Positions 17,175 to 25,617 of a DNA stretch of 64,000 bases are shown piece after piece. Below the pieces are notes generated by a model that was not told where the DNA came from, made no database searches, and worked only from the letters and a program-made list of their open reading frames with translations. The translations under genes were made by a program, and so were the position numbers. The first letter of the stretch is position 1, and each line of letters starts with the position of its first letter. Origin of the DNA: a virus; the IMG/VR virus record IMGVR_UViG_3300044705_000115, positions 1-64,000 of that record; one strand, written 5' to 3'.

Positions 17175-17721
17175 CGCGCACCGCAACGACAGCACGGAAG
17201 TCCTCGGAATCGCCGCCAGCGTCGGGGTGGGTCGCCTTCAGCGCCGCGCGGAGCGAGCCGTACTCCTCGACCAGTCGTCGACCCCTCGCAAGAGCGTCTT
17301 CGCTGGTTCCGCCGGCGGGCAGCGCCTTCCAGCCCGTGTACTGCTCGCCGCGCTTGGTGACCCCGTAGCGGTCAACCGCCCGCAGAGCCTCCAGGCCCAG
17401 CGCGATCCCGCGCACGTTGTCGATGAAGCGGTCGAAGGTGTCGGTCGCGTACTGCAGCGGCCCGAACTTCGAGTTGAAGGCGACGATGACGCCGGGGCGC
17501 GAGGGGCGCGAGCCTGAGCGTGGCCAGCCGTCGAGTTTGATCTGATCCTCGCGCAGGTACGCCTGCACGACCACATCCTCAGCATCGAGGTAGGCAAGCT
17601 CCCGTTTGAGCAGGCTCCAGGTCGCGCTCTCGCTCGAGCCGAACAGCGAACGACGTGGCGCCGGGTTCTCCCGCTCGGGCCAGCGCTCGATCGGCCGGAA
17701 GGTGATCTTCTCGACGCCCAT
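17167..17721 (-). CDS. phage J-domain (DnaJ-like C-terminus) protein
   Basis: C-terminal THPDAGG; DGWPRS..PGVIVAF, ALRAVDRYGV..QYTGWKALP. Confidence 0.8.
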   Translation of the reverse strand: MGVEKITFRPIERWPERENPAPRRSLFGSSESATWSLLKRELAYLDAEDVVVQAYLREDQIKLDGWPRSGSRPSRPGVIVAFNSKFGPLQYATDTFDRFIDNVRGIALGLEALRAVDRYGVTKRGEQYTGWKALPAGGTSEDALARGRRLVEEYGSLRAALKATHPDAGGDSEDFRAVVAVRDA

Positions 17722-18111
17722 CTACCTCTCCTCAATCGCGTGGATTTGACGGCGGGGTGGCTCGTTGGGATATGCCCGGCGCAGCGCCGGGCAGTCCTGC
17801 TCCTCCTCGCCCTTGTCGAGCCGCATGTGGCAGTGGATGCAGGTCGGGCGCGGGTCGAGCGAGGAAGCATCGTGCAGCGCATCCTGGGTGCGGCAGAACC
17901 GCGCCGAAGCGGCCTGGTAGCGCTGGACGGCCTGGATGAAACGCTCGGCGTCAACATCGCGCTGCGGGTAAAGCCGATCCTCGCGCACGAGGGCGAAGAT
18001 CGCCTCCCGCGCGTTTTGGACATCGAGGTATGCGTGCGCCCACTCGCGGGCAGCATGGCCGTGGAGGATGCCGTCCTCTACCGGGTCGTATTCGCGTTCG
18101 AGGTCAGCCAT
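17722..18111 (-). CDS. hypothetical protein
   Basis: Coupled ORF with CxxC. Confidence 0.65.
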   Translation of the reverse strand: MADLEREYDPVEDGILHGHAAREWAHAYLDVQNAREAIFALVREDRLYPQRDVDAERFIQAVQRYQAASARFCRTQDALHDASSLDPRPTCIHCHMRLDKGEEEQDCPALRRAYPNEPPRRQIHAIEER

Positions 18112-19223
18112 CAGGCGAAGCCGACTTTGGCCTTCCCTTTCGGGCGACCACCGTCCCGGCGCTCGGCGAGCGCGTAGATGCTGGCGAGCGTGTGCGACTG
18201 AGCGGGCATCTGATCGGCCGCATCGAAGTCAGCCAGCTTTTCGAGCAGGTTGGCGGCCTCGACGACCGACAGCCGGGCGAAATGAACCTCGGAAGCAGCT
18301 CGACCATGCCGAGTCACGGCCTCGTTCAGGTCGCCCAGTTCTTCGTTCGTGGTGACCATCGTCATCACGCGGAGGCCCTGGCCGATCAGCCCATCGACGG
18401 AATTCAGGAAGCGCGAGAGGGCGGCGCCGACCTCGCTCTTGGCGTCCTTCGCCAGCAGCTCGCCCGCGTCCTCGAGGACGAGCAAGCGCCACTTCGCTGG
18501 CGCTTCTCCGTCTTCAAGATCCTCCTCGTCTTCGTCACTGCCAGCGCCAAGCATGACCTGCAGCATGTAGTCAGCATGGGAGCCGAAGAACTGATCGGGG
18601 TCGGTGATGTAGTGGATTTCGGCCCAGTCCTTCCAAGCCTGCCCGAGCGCCCGCAGAGCTGTCGTCTTCCCAGTGCCAGGCTCGCCGTGCCAGAGAACGA
18701 GCTGACCGGAGCGGCCGGGCCGGTAGTCGGGCTGCATCAGCGGCCCAAGGCGCTGTACGGCCTCCGCTGCGTAGTTGCCTTCGATTTCCGCCCAGGTCGG
18801 TGCGAGCAGGTCGCGGCGGGTGGCGTGCGGCCCTTCCGGCGTGTAAGACCAGAAGGTGACCGGGATGCGGCCCTTGTCCTTCGGCTCATGGCGCGGCAAC
18901 ACACCCCGGAAAGACTCGATGCCCGCGCGGGCCTGCTCGGGCTTAACGGCGGCGACTTTGATGTCGGCGTTGCCGTACCCCACCCAAGCGCTGACCGCGA
19001 TCTCGTTGCTGACGATCCACAGGCAGCGGAAGACGCCCGAGTTGATCTCATCGACGATGTCGGGTGCGGGGTCGAGCGTGAACGGGTCCTTGATCACGCA
19101 GGGCCAGGAGGCCGAAGCGAGGTAACGGAGGCCGTTGACGGTGCGGGCCTTGATGAAGTTGGCATCCGCAGGGAAGCCAGTTTCAACTACGAAATCGAAT
19201 TGAACTGCGTTCTGGTCGGACAT
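18111..19223 (-). CDS. AAA+ ATPase (DUF5925-like)
   Basis: Walker A GEPGTGKT, Walker B LLVLED, SRFLNSVDGLIGQG, TTN, arginine finger RHGR. Confidence 0.9.
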   Translation of the reverse strand: MSDQNAVQFDFVVETGFPADANFIKARTVNGLRYLASASWPCVIKDPFTLDPAPDIVDEINSGVFRCLWIVSNEIAVSAWVGYGNADIKVAAVKPEQARAGIESFRGVLPRHEPKDKGRIPVTFWSYTPEGPHATRRDLLAPTWAEIEGNYAAEAVQRLGPLMQPDYRPGRSGQLVLWHGEPGTGKTTALRALGQAWKDWAEIHYITDPDQFFGSHADYMLQVMLGAGSDEDEEDLEDGEAPAKWRLLVLEDAGELLAKDAKSEVGAALSRFLNSVDGLIGQGLRVMTMVTTNEELGDLNEAVTRHGRAASEVHFARLSVVEAANLLEKLADFDAADQMPAQSHTLASIYALAERRDGGRPKGKAKVGFA

Positions 19224-19262
19224 GGCGGCGACCCTAGCCGCTGCACGAGACGCAGTAACCGC

Positions 19263-19655
19263 TCAAACCGGAATGTCCAGCTTTTCCTGCTCCTCTGACA
19301 CCTCGGGCGGCGCGATGACTTCCGGCACCGCGCCGCAGCCCTTGGCGTGCTCCTCCAACGAGTCCCCCGCCCAACCACACTCGCGGCATTCTCGTTCTGG
19401 CGCTGGCCCCTCCTCTGGCACCGCCTCGACCAGTTCCTCCAGCGATCCTGATTCAGAGTCGCAACCGCCGCAGTGATAGCCGGTGCGAGCCTTGTCCCTC
19501 CATTCGGCTTCCCGCTCGCCAGTCTCGTCGTAAGTCAGGCGAGCGGGGTTGTCCTCGTTGGGTCGAATGCCGTCGATTCCCTCCCAGCCCGGCACCTCGA
19601 CCAGAACACTGATCTGGTCGGTTTTGCCGCACTTCCGGCAGGCGTACTTAGGCAT
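19263..19655 (-). CDS. Zn-finger hypothetical protein
   Basis: Three CxxC motifs. Confidence 0.65.
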   Translation of the reverse strand: MPKYACRKCGKTDQISVLVEVPGWEGIDGIRPNEDNPARLTYDETGEREAEWRDKARTGYHCGGCDSESGSLEELVEAVPEEGPAPERECRECGWAGDSLEEHAKGCGAVPEVIAPPEVSEEQEKLDIPV

Positions 19656-20097
19656 CCTTCCAGCCCGAGATCATCACGTAGCCCCGGCCAGCGAGCATGT
19701 CGGCCTGCTTGCCCTCGAAGCCCAGCGTCTCCGGCGTGATGACCTTCCAGAGGTCGAGTACTTGGCCAAGCGCCATCAACCGCAGCGCCACATCCTGCGA
19801 ACCAACGGCGGCGCCGAGCTCGATGTAGCTCGGGCCGCCAGCCAGCCGTTCGGGTTCGGGGTAGTTCTTGCACCAGCCGATCAGCTCGGGCTTCATCGCC
19901 TCGGCCTTCTCGCGGTCGATCCCCACGACGATGAAGTGCATGTCCACCTGGGCGAGGTCGGGCGGCGCGTCCGCGAGGCTGGGCATCGCGTAGATGTGCG
20001 TGACCTTGACCGCTCCTTTGTCTTCCTCGACGACCTCCTCGCCCTTGCGGAATTCCGCCGTCGCGTCGATCAGGGCTTCTATGAAGGCGGACTCCAT
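19648..20097 (-). CDS. conserved phage hypothetical protein
   Basis: VDMHFIVVG..GGPSYIELGAAVGSQ..AL.LMALG..L.LW.V.TP. Confidence 0.8.
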   Translation of the reverse strand: MESAFIEALIDATAEFRKGEEVVEEDKGAVKVTHIYAMPSLADAPPDLAQVDMHFIVVGIDREKAEAMKPELIGWCKNYPEPERLAGGPSYIELGAAVGSQDVALRLMALGQVLDLWKVITPETLGFEGKQADMLAGRGYVMISGWKDA

Positions 20098-20555
20098 CAG
20101 CAGACCCGAGCCTGCATTTCGGTCAGCGTCGGCGCCCGCTGCGGGTATTCGTTGAAGCTGGGGCCAACGACCTTCGCTTCAAAGATGTTCGCCTGCCGCC
20201 GGTTGTAATCGACAACGATCTGGCGGTACTTGGCCTTGTACGCGAGGGCCGGATCTTCGAGCAGCGTCGGTGACTGCCGCGACCCCTTCGAGTTTTCGGC
20301 ACCGCAGGCGTTTTCGGCCGCAGCTTCCATCGCGTTCCAGTCTTCGATGACGGCGTGGTACTGCGCCTTCACGTTCTCGGGGCCAGCGACTTCAGCGGCG
20401 GTGTTGAACCAGTTGCCGATCCAGCCGATGACGCCGATGACGACTGCCAGAACCACGACCACGGCGATGACGCCGAGACCCCAGCGGATGCCGGTGCGGA
20501 CGGGGCGGTCGCCGAAGCGATCCGCCTCCCGTTCCGCGCGGTCTTCCCAGCTCAC
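20097..20555 (-). CDS. membrane-anchored protein
   Basis: One TM helix then soluble domain. Confidence 0.75.
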   Translation of the reverse strand: MSWEDRAEREADRFGDRPVRTGIRWGLGVIAVVVVLAVVIGVIGWIGNWFNTAAEVAGPENVKAQYHAVIEDWNAMEAAAENACGAENSKGSRQSPTLLEDPALAYKAKYRQIVVDYNRRQANIFEAKVVGPSFNEYPQRAPTLTEMQARVC

Positions 20556-21157
20556 TGACCTGCCGCCTGCTTGAGGATCTTCTCCGCCTTGGCCTTGTCG
20601 CCGGCGGCGAGGGCCTTTTCGGCTTCGCCGGTCGCCTTGGCGAGCGAGCCGTCAACCGAGAGCGCGATCGACTGCGTCTGGTATTCGAGCGGCTGCGTCG
20701 TGCAGAGCGTCGGCATGTCGAAGAAATCGACGTACTGGCCGCCGGGCGTGAAGCCGTAGCGATACTGCGGCGGATTCGGGTGGTAGAGGCCATCGACCGA
20801 ACGACGCGGGAGCGCTACTGCGCCGTGCTCGCCGCTGACCCTTTCTTCGGGCCGGAAGAACGTCGTCGTCGAGGAAGTCAGCTTGCCCGCGACAGGAACC
20901 GTGACCGGCTTCTCGGTGGGCGACTGCGGGAACGCGGTGCACCAGAGGATCGTCGCGGGGTTGTCATAGAGTTCCTGCGACTGGTTGTAGTTGTGGAACT
21001 CGACGCCGTTCTTGGGGATGTAGGCGTGGTAGCTGCGGGCGACCGCCGCGACTTCTTCTTCTTCCTTCGAGTGATCTTCTTCGTCGCACGCAGAGATGAA
21101 GATCGCCATCGCCAGCACCGCGACGATGAGCATCAGGAACTTCGGCAACTGCTTCAT
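20552..21157 (-). CDS. lipoprotein
   Basis: Signal peptide with lipobox ISAC. Confidence 0.8.
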   Translation of the reverse strand: MKQLPKFLMLIVAVLAMAIFISACDEEDHSKEEEEVAAVARSYHAYIPKNGVEFHNYNQSQELYDNPATILWCTAFPQSPTEKPVTVPVAGKLTSSTTTFFRPEERVSGEHGAVALPRRSVDGLYHPNPPQYRYGFTPGGQYVDFFDMPTLCTTQPLEYQTQSIALSVDGSLAKATGEAEKALAAGDKAKAEKILKQAAGQ

Positions 21158-21169
21158 GGCTTGGTGAGC

Positions 21170-21196
21170 CTCCTTGGTCGGTTGGCGGGCAGGGTA
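21170..21196 (-). promoter_or_regulatory. -10 (TACCCT) + CCGACCAAGGAG leader motif
   Basis: Exact motif 21170-21181. Confidence 0.7.
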
Positions 21197-21219
21197 GACG
21201 CTGCACCGACCTCGGGCAA

Positions 21220-21540
21220 CTATCCGCGCAGTTCCTCCTCAACCTCGGCATGGCAGTTTGCGCAGAGGAGGTCGCACTTATCGGCCTCGCGGCGCATCCG
21301 CTCCATCGACAAGGAGTTGCCGCCATGAACAGCCGGGTCTTTCTCAGAGGGGTCGCGGTGATGCCACTGAAGCGCGGCAAGGGAGCGGTCGTAACCGCAG
21401 CGTTCGCATTTGCCGCCTCGCTCCTCGACAAGGATCGTCTTGATCCGTCGCCGGCGCCTAGTCACCGCCTCGGAGAGGCATCGACGACATCGCCAAGCAG
21501 CATGGTCCAGAAGTGCCAGGTCTCGCCGTGGCGCTGGCAC
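21220..21540 (-). CDS. HNH endonuclease adjacent to tRNA array
   Basis: GGKCERCGY..ALQWHHRDP..KCDLLCANCHAE; start uncertain. Confidence 0.8.
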   Translation of the reverse strand: MPAPRRDLALLDHAAWRCRRCLSEAVTRRRRRIKTILVEERGGKCERCGYDRSLAALQWHHRDPSEKDPAVHGGNSLSMERMRREADKCDLLCANCHAEVEEELRG

Positions 21541-21564
21541 TTCCGAATCTCGTCGTCCTTCAAG

Positions 21565-21637
21565 CTCCGACGCCTGGACTCGAACCAGGAACCTCCCCGT
21601 TAACAGCGGGGCGCACCGCCAGTTGTGCTACGCCGGA
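21565..21637 (-). tRNA. tRNA-Asn(GTT)
   Basis: TCCGGCG/CGTCGGA, loop CTGTTAA. Confidence 0.94.
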
Positions 21638-21708
21638 ATGCAAGTTGAATGCAGGTTAGCCCGGCAGGACGCCTGCTGCACATTCGATCTGAATGCAATC
21701 TGCATTCA
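21636..21708. repeat. GAATGCA direct and inverted repeats
   Basis: GAATGCA at 21636, 21647, 21691; palindrome TGAATGCA-ATC-TGCATTCA 21690-21708. Confidence 0.6.
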
Positions 21709-21711
21709 CGA

Positions 21712-21785
21712 TGAGGCCGACGGGCCACGATCCCGCATCTCCCGGATTAAAAGTCCAGCGCTCTGCCCACTTGAGCTACAGCCTC
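21712..21785 (-). tRNA. tRNA-Lys(TTT), atypical T loop
   Basis: GAGGCTG/CGGCCTC, loop CTTTTAA, T loop ATCGTGG. Confidence 0.87.
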
Positions 21786-21798
21786 GCGTTGTCTGAGG

Positions 21799-21873
21799 GG
21801 CGACCGACGGGACTCGAACCCGCGTCTGCCTGGACCACAACCAGGAGCCATACCCATCTCGGCCACGGCCGCC
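21799..21873 (-). tRNA. tRNA-His(GTG)
   Basis: G-1:C73, loop TTGTGGT, GGTTCGAG. Confidence 0.92.
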
Positions 21874-21935
21874 ATGTGCGGCCGGCTACCCCGCTGACGA
21901 CGCTCGAACGTTCACGCGCCAGCGGGACCGACCAA

Positions 21936-22008
21936 AGCCGGAGACGGGCCTCGAACCCGCAACCGCCCCATTACGAAAGGGGTGCTCATCCATTTGAGCT
22001 TCTCCGGC
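21936..22008 (-). tRNA. tRNA-Thr(CGT)
   Basis: GCCGGAG/CTCCGGC, loop TTCGTAA. Confidence 0.9.
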
Positions 22009-22014
22009 GTGAAG

Positions 22015-22088
22015 TGGTTGGGGAAGGACTCGAACCTTCGGTCTCCGCCTTATCAGAGCGGCGCTCTAACCTGCTGAGCTACCCAACC
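22015..22088 (-). tRNA. tRNA-Ile(GAT)
   Basis: GGTTGGG/CCCAACC, loop CTGATAA. Confidence 0.94.
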
Positions 22089-22096
22089 GGGTGAAG

Positions 22097-22167
22097 TGGA
22101 GGAGGAGGGAGTCGAACCCTCATCGGTCGGTTGCAAGCCGGCTGCTCTGCCATTGAGCTACACCCCC
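22097..22167 (-). tRNA. tRNA-Ala(TGC)
   Basis: G3:U70 identity pair, loop CTTGCAA. Confidence 0.92.
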
Positions 22168-22243
22168 GAGCGCCAGTCTTTCGCCTATAGCGGCTGGGCA
22201 CTGGCGACCCTTGCTCGTCGCGGGCCGAAGCCGTTGATCGAGA

Positions 22244-22316
22244 AGCGGTAAGTCGGAGTCGAACCGACGGCCTCCACGTTGGCAACGTGGCGCTCTGGCC
22301 TCTGAGCTATTACCGC
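22244..22316 (-). tRNA. tRNA-Gly(GCC)
   Basis: GCGGTAA/TTACCGC, loop TTGCCAA. Confidence 0.93.
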
Positions 22317-22332
22317 GAGCACTGCGATTGAA

Positions 22333-22405
22333 TGGCGTCGGCGGGAGTCGAACCCGCAACCCTCGGATTAAGAGTCCGCTGCGCTACCTATTGCGCCACG
22401 ACGCC
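22333..22405 (-). tRNA. tRNA-Lys(CTT)
   Basis: GGCGTCG/CGACGCC, loop CTCTTAA. Confidence 0.94.
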
Positions 22406-22423
22406 GGGTTGGTGCGACCTGAG

Positions 22424-22495
22424 TTCCGGGCGGAGGACTTGAACCCCCCTCTCGCGGTTCAGGGCCGCGCGTCTTGCCTGATAGACCAACCCGGA
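22424..22495 (-). tRNA. tRNA-Gln(CTG)
   Basis: TCCGGGT/GCCCGGA, loop CCCTGAA (C33), GTTCAAG. Confidence 0.88.
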
Positions 22496-22496
22496 T

Positions 22497-22612
22497 CGGC
22501 TACTGCTTCTCGTAGAGGCCGGGTCTTCGCTGGTGCGAGCCCGGCTAGCTCTGCGCGGGTTGGCCGTGGGGCTTTCGACCCGTGGCCGCATGGCCGCCTG
22601 TGGCGGTAGCCG
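22497..22612 (+). ncRNA. candidate structured RNA (three-way junction), unknown family
   Basis: Closing stem CGGCUACUGC/GCGGUAGCCG enclosing two long hairpins; G-U wobbles valid only on + strand. Confidence 0.4.
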
Positions 22613-22729
22613 CAGTCGCGGCGCTGGCGATTCGTTTGCACAGGTAGGCCATGAACGCAGGGTACTGGTCGCGCCCGTCGTCCGCAAATCGAATGACGCA
22701 ATCTGCGCCGAGCCGGTGCCTCTATCTAC

Positions 22730-22873
22730 ATGAAGACGAAATGGATTTGCGCGAAGTGCGGCTTGCCCGCTGTCCCCTACTACTACGGCTGGAAGCATCA
22801 CCCCGGCGGTGGCCGCAAGGTTCCTTGGCCCCATCGGGCCGTTCCGGTCGAAGTGCAGCGCCGGATTCGGTGA
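22730..22873 (+). CDS. small Cys/His-rich protein (47 aa, not in ORF track)
   Basis: MKTKWICAKCGLPAVPYYYGWKHHPGGGRKVPWPHRAVPVEVQRRIR. Confidence 0.5.
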   Translation: MKTKWICAKCGLPAVPYYYGWKHHPGGGRKVPWPHRAVPVEVQRRIR

Positions 22874-22899
22874 GAAGACGCGGTTTCGCAAATTCGGCG

Positions 22900-22948
22900 T
22901 TGCACGGAGCGCTGGAGGAGTGATAACTTCGTTGGCACCGACCAAGGA
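22900..22948 (+). promoter_or_regulatory. promoter TTGCAC-N18-TAACTT + CGTTGGCACCGACCAAGGA leader
   Basis: Extended copy of the leader motif, oriented with the + strand flavoprotein gene. Confidence 0.8.
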
Positions 22949-22981
22949 ACGCCCCGATACCTCGGGGAGAAGGAGAGAGCT

Positions 22982-24529
22982 ATGTCAGAACGACCCCCGG
23001 AACGAGTCGCTGCTGCGATGGCGAAGATCGCCAGCGACTCGCAGATGAACGACGGCCTCGAGGCGATGATGGGTCGCGTCTCGGAGTTCAACACGCCGAT
23101 GGCGGCAAAACTCACCGGCATCGCCCTGAACCCCATCGCCCGCAGGCTGTTCGACGACACCCTCGACGCAATGTGGGCGACGACCAAAGTGCCGAGCCAC
23201 GCCCAAGAGATCATCATCGGCGGCGGCCTGTCAGCGGCGATCTACTCGGCGGTCAGGGTGAGCGAGGGTCACCCCAAGCCGCTCGTACTTGAGGCCAAAG
23301 AGCGGGCCGGAGGAGCCTTCGCGTCCAGCCGCGAGGCGACCTTCTTCCTCAACAGCCGCAACCGGCCAGGCAAACTCGGTACGCCGGGGCGCGGTGAGGC
23401 GCTGAACTACCTGCCGGGTGCGGTCGTGCAGCCGTCCGACCTCGGCAGCGAGGAGTACCAGACCAATGCGGCGCTCGCCTTCGCGATCCGCGCGACGCTG
23501 GCGATGACGGCTCGGGTGGTCACGGGCCAGAGGGTCGAAAGCGCTGACTCAAGCGGTGTCGTGCTGGCTGGCGGCAAGAAGGTGAAGGCCACGCGGGTCA
23601 TCTGGGCGACCGGTCTCGGCCAACCGATCTCGCCCCCCGAGACCGACGGCAGGTACTTGATGGACTACCTGCAGTTCCTCTCGCACCTCGACCAGCCGTT
23701 CCCCTTCAAAGGCATCGACCGCGTGGCGGTCGTCGGGGCGCAGGACGCCGGGCGCACCGTCATCGAGGCGCTGACCGGGCAGGGGCCGTCGCGGAACTGG
23801 TCGATCTCCTCGCTCGACTACATCAGCACGATCGACTGGTACGGCGTCGCCGAGACCTGCACCACGAAGGAGCGGTGGGAGCAGAACAACCGATCCCGCT
23901 ACAAAGGCATCGGTCGCCTGCTCCCGAGAGTGACCAACGAAGAAGGCAAGCCCATCGGCGACAGCGAGTTCCGGGTAACGCCGATCACGCGCAGGGCCGA
24001 GAATGTCGGCGTCGGATTCGACGGTGCCTACGTCGATGGTGCCCGCTACGACCTCGTCATCTTCGCGGCTGGCTTCACGGGGATGGATGTCGCCGACATG
24101 ATCGAATACCGCGCGGGTGGCCGCGTGGTGGCGCGGATGGGCGAGTCCGGCCTGTTCGTGATCGGACCCGCCGCGAAGATCGCCGACGAGGTCCGCGAAG
24201 CCAATGTCCCAACCACCGTCCCCGAGAACTCGGCGGCGCTCTTCCGCTACGCCGACCGCACGGCGGCGCTGGCGAAGCACCTGCCCGCGTTGGAGTTGTC
24301 ATCGACCGCTGTCGAGCCGAAGCCGAAAGCGCGAGCGCGAGCAGCGGCCCCGAAGAAGAAGGCAAGGGACACGAGCGACTACCGCAACTGGACTCGGGGC
24401 GACACCATCGAACTCGACGGCAAAGAGGCGGAGGTTCTGTCCGTCGAGGGCCGCGATGTGCGGGTGCGGGAACGCAACAAGGAACCCCGCTACCTCTCCC
24501 AGCCGAGCGCTTGGGAGTTCGTTCGCTAG
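22982..24529 (+). CDS. FAD/NAD(P)-dependent oxidoreductase-like protein
   Basis: IIIGGGLSA, LE..ERAGG, WATG, second Rossmann VAVVGAQDAG, DLVIFAAGF, LFVIGPA; AAGGAG RBS. Confidence 0.85.
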   Translation: MSERPPERVAAAMAKIASDSQMNDGLEAMMGRVSEFNTPMAAKLTGIALNPIARRLFDDTLDAMWATTKVPSHAQEIIIGGGLSAAIYSAVRVSEGHPKPLVLEAKERAGGAFASSREATFFLNSRNRPGKLGTPGRGEALNYLPGAVVQPSDLGSEEYQTNAALAFAIRATLAMTARVVTGQRVESADSSGVVLAGGKKVKATRVIWATGLGQPISPPETDGRYLMDYLQFLSHLDQPFPFKGIDRVAVVGAQDAGRTVIEALTGQGPSRNWSISSLDYISTIDWYGVAETCTTKERWEQNNRSRYKGIGRLLPRVTNEEGKPIGDSEFRVTPITRRAENVGVGFDGAYVDGARYDLVIFAAGFTGMDVADMIEYRAGGRVVARMGESGLFVIGPAAKIADEVREANVPTTVPENSAALFRYADRTAALAKHLPALELSSTAVEPKPKARARAAAPKKKARDTSDYRNWTRGDTIELDGKEAEVLSVEGRDVRVRERNKEPRYLSQPSAWEFVR

Positions 24530-24608
24530 GGCGCTTACAGCCAGCCCGTGCCGCCTCAGAGGCGGCGCGGGCCCAAATCGCAGTGCCAACCCAGACAGGA
24601 GGAGAGCC

Positions 24609-25004
24609 ATGCCCAGACAGCCGCGCTTCCGCGCGAAGCGCACCACGCCCGACCCCTACCCGACGCACGATGTGCTGGTCTTCGTCGGCCCTGAGACGAC
24701 GGAGGAGGAGATCAGGCGCTCGCAGATGGTCAACGTGAGCGACCTCGCGGGGCGCTTCCACGAGAGCGCCTACGGCAACGAACTGACCGAGATCGTGGAG
24801 GTCAGCCCCGGCCCGCACTTCCGCGCCAAGCTGACCTCCCAGGACGAAGTCGTTCTGCTCACGACGGCGCTGACGCTGGAGGAGGTCATGGCGCTGCCCG
24901 AGGATGTGCTGCTCGAAATCTCGCACCCCGACGGCGGCCCCGCCCAGGCGGTCAACCGCTCCCAGCTCGCCGAGTTCGAGCCGCTGGCGGCCACCGTCGC
25001 CTAG
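24609..25004 (+). CDS. hypothetical protein
   Basis: ATG with AGGAGG RBS (MPRQPRFRAKR...). Confidence 0.7.
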   Translation: MPRQPRFRAKRTTPDPYPTHDVLVFVGPETTEEEIRRSQMVNVSDLAGRFHESAYGNELTEIVEVSPGPHFRAKLTSQDEVVLLTTALTLEEVMALPEDVLLEISHPDGGPAQAVNRSQLAEFEPLAATVA

Positions 25005-25053
25005 CTTCACGACGCGACGCCCGCTGGCCGATCAGGTCGGCGGGCGTCGAGTT

Positions 25054-25084
25054 GAACGCAATCCTGAACGCATCTGCGAACGCA
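25054..25084. repeat. three GAACGCA repeats at 12-bp period
   Basis: GAACGCA at 25054, 25066, 25078. Confidence 0.6.
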
Positions 25085-25098
25085 TCTCCGCACACCAG

Positions 25099-25190
25099 CG
25101 GAAGGAGCGGGGATCGAACCCGCAGGACCGCCTCTCGACCGTCCACGCCCTTAGCAGGGGCGCCGCGCCGCCAGCCATTGCCGTCCTTCC
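25099..25190 (-). tRNA. tRNA-Ser(GCT)
   Basis: GGAAGGA/TCCTTCC, loop CTGCTAA, long variable arm. Confidence 0.88.
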
Positions 25191-25192
25191 AG

Positions 25193-25274
25193 TGCAGCGC
25201 GATGGACTCGAACCACTCGCCAGAGGCACCGGATTTACAGTCCGGCTCCCGGTTCCGACCGGGTAACGCGCTGC
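25193..25274 (-). tRNA. tRNA-Tyr(GTA)
   Basis: GCAGCGC/GCGCTGC, loop CTGTAAA, variable arm. Confidence 0.85.
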
Positions 25275-25282
25275 GGGTTAAG

Positions 25283-25369
25283 TAGGGGCGGAAGGAGTCG
25301 AACCTTCAATGTCCTTTCGGACCTTCCGGGTCTGAGCCGGACGACTTTTGCCAATTTGTCCACGCCCCC
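25283..25369 (-). tRNA. tRNA-Leu(CAG)
   Basis: GGGGGCG/CGCCCCT, loop CTCAGAC, variable arm GTCC-GAAA-GGAC. Confidence 0.92.
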
Positions 25370-25382
25370 AAGGGGTTTAAGG

Positions 25383-25466
25383 CGGAGGGTGGAGGAGTCG
25401 AACCCCGGCGTGTTACCGCCCCCTGGCTTTCGACGCCAGTTGCCGGCCTACCCAGCGGCACCCTCC
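25383..25466 (-). tRNA. tRNA-Ser(CGA)
   Basis: GGAGGGT/ACCCTCC, loop GTCGAAA, variable arm. Confidence 0.88.
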
Positions 25467-25617
25467 GCGAGTGCGACTAGGCGGTCGGTCGGGATCGACT
25501 AGCGAAGTCGCAGGGCCAAATATCGGCCTAGGGATGAGCGCGAGCGCGACGAGGAACTTCGGGTGTCAGCGGCGACGATCATCTGCTCGGGCAGAGTAGC
25601 CGCCGCCGCCGACACGG

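Noticed and set aside
22497-22612. 5S rRNA (similar size and three-way junction)
   Set aside because: Lacks the conserved 5S CCGAAC loop and loop E motifs
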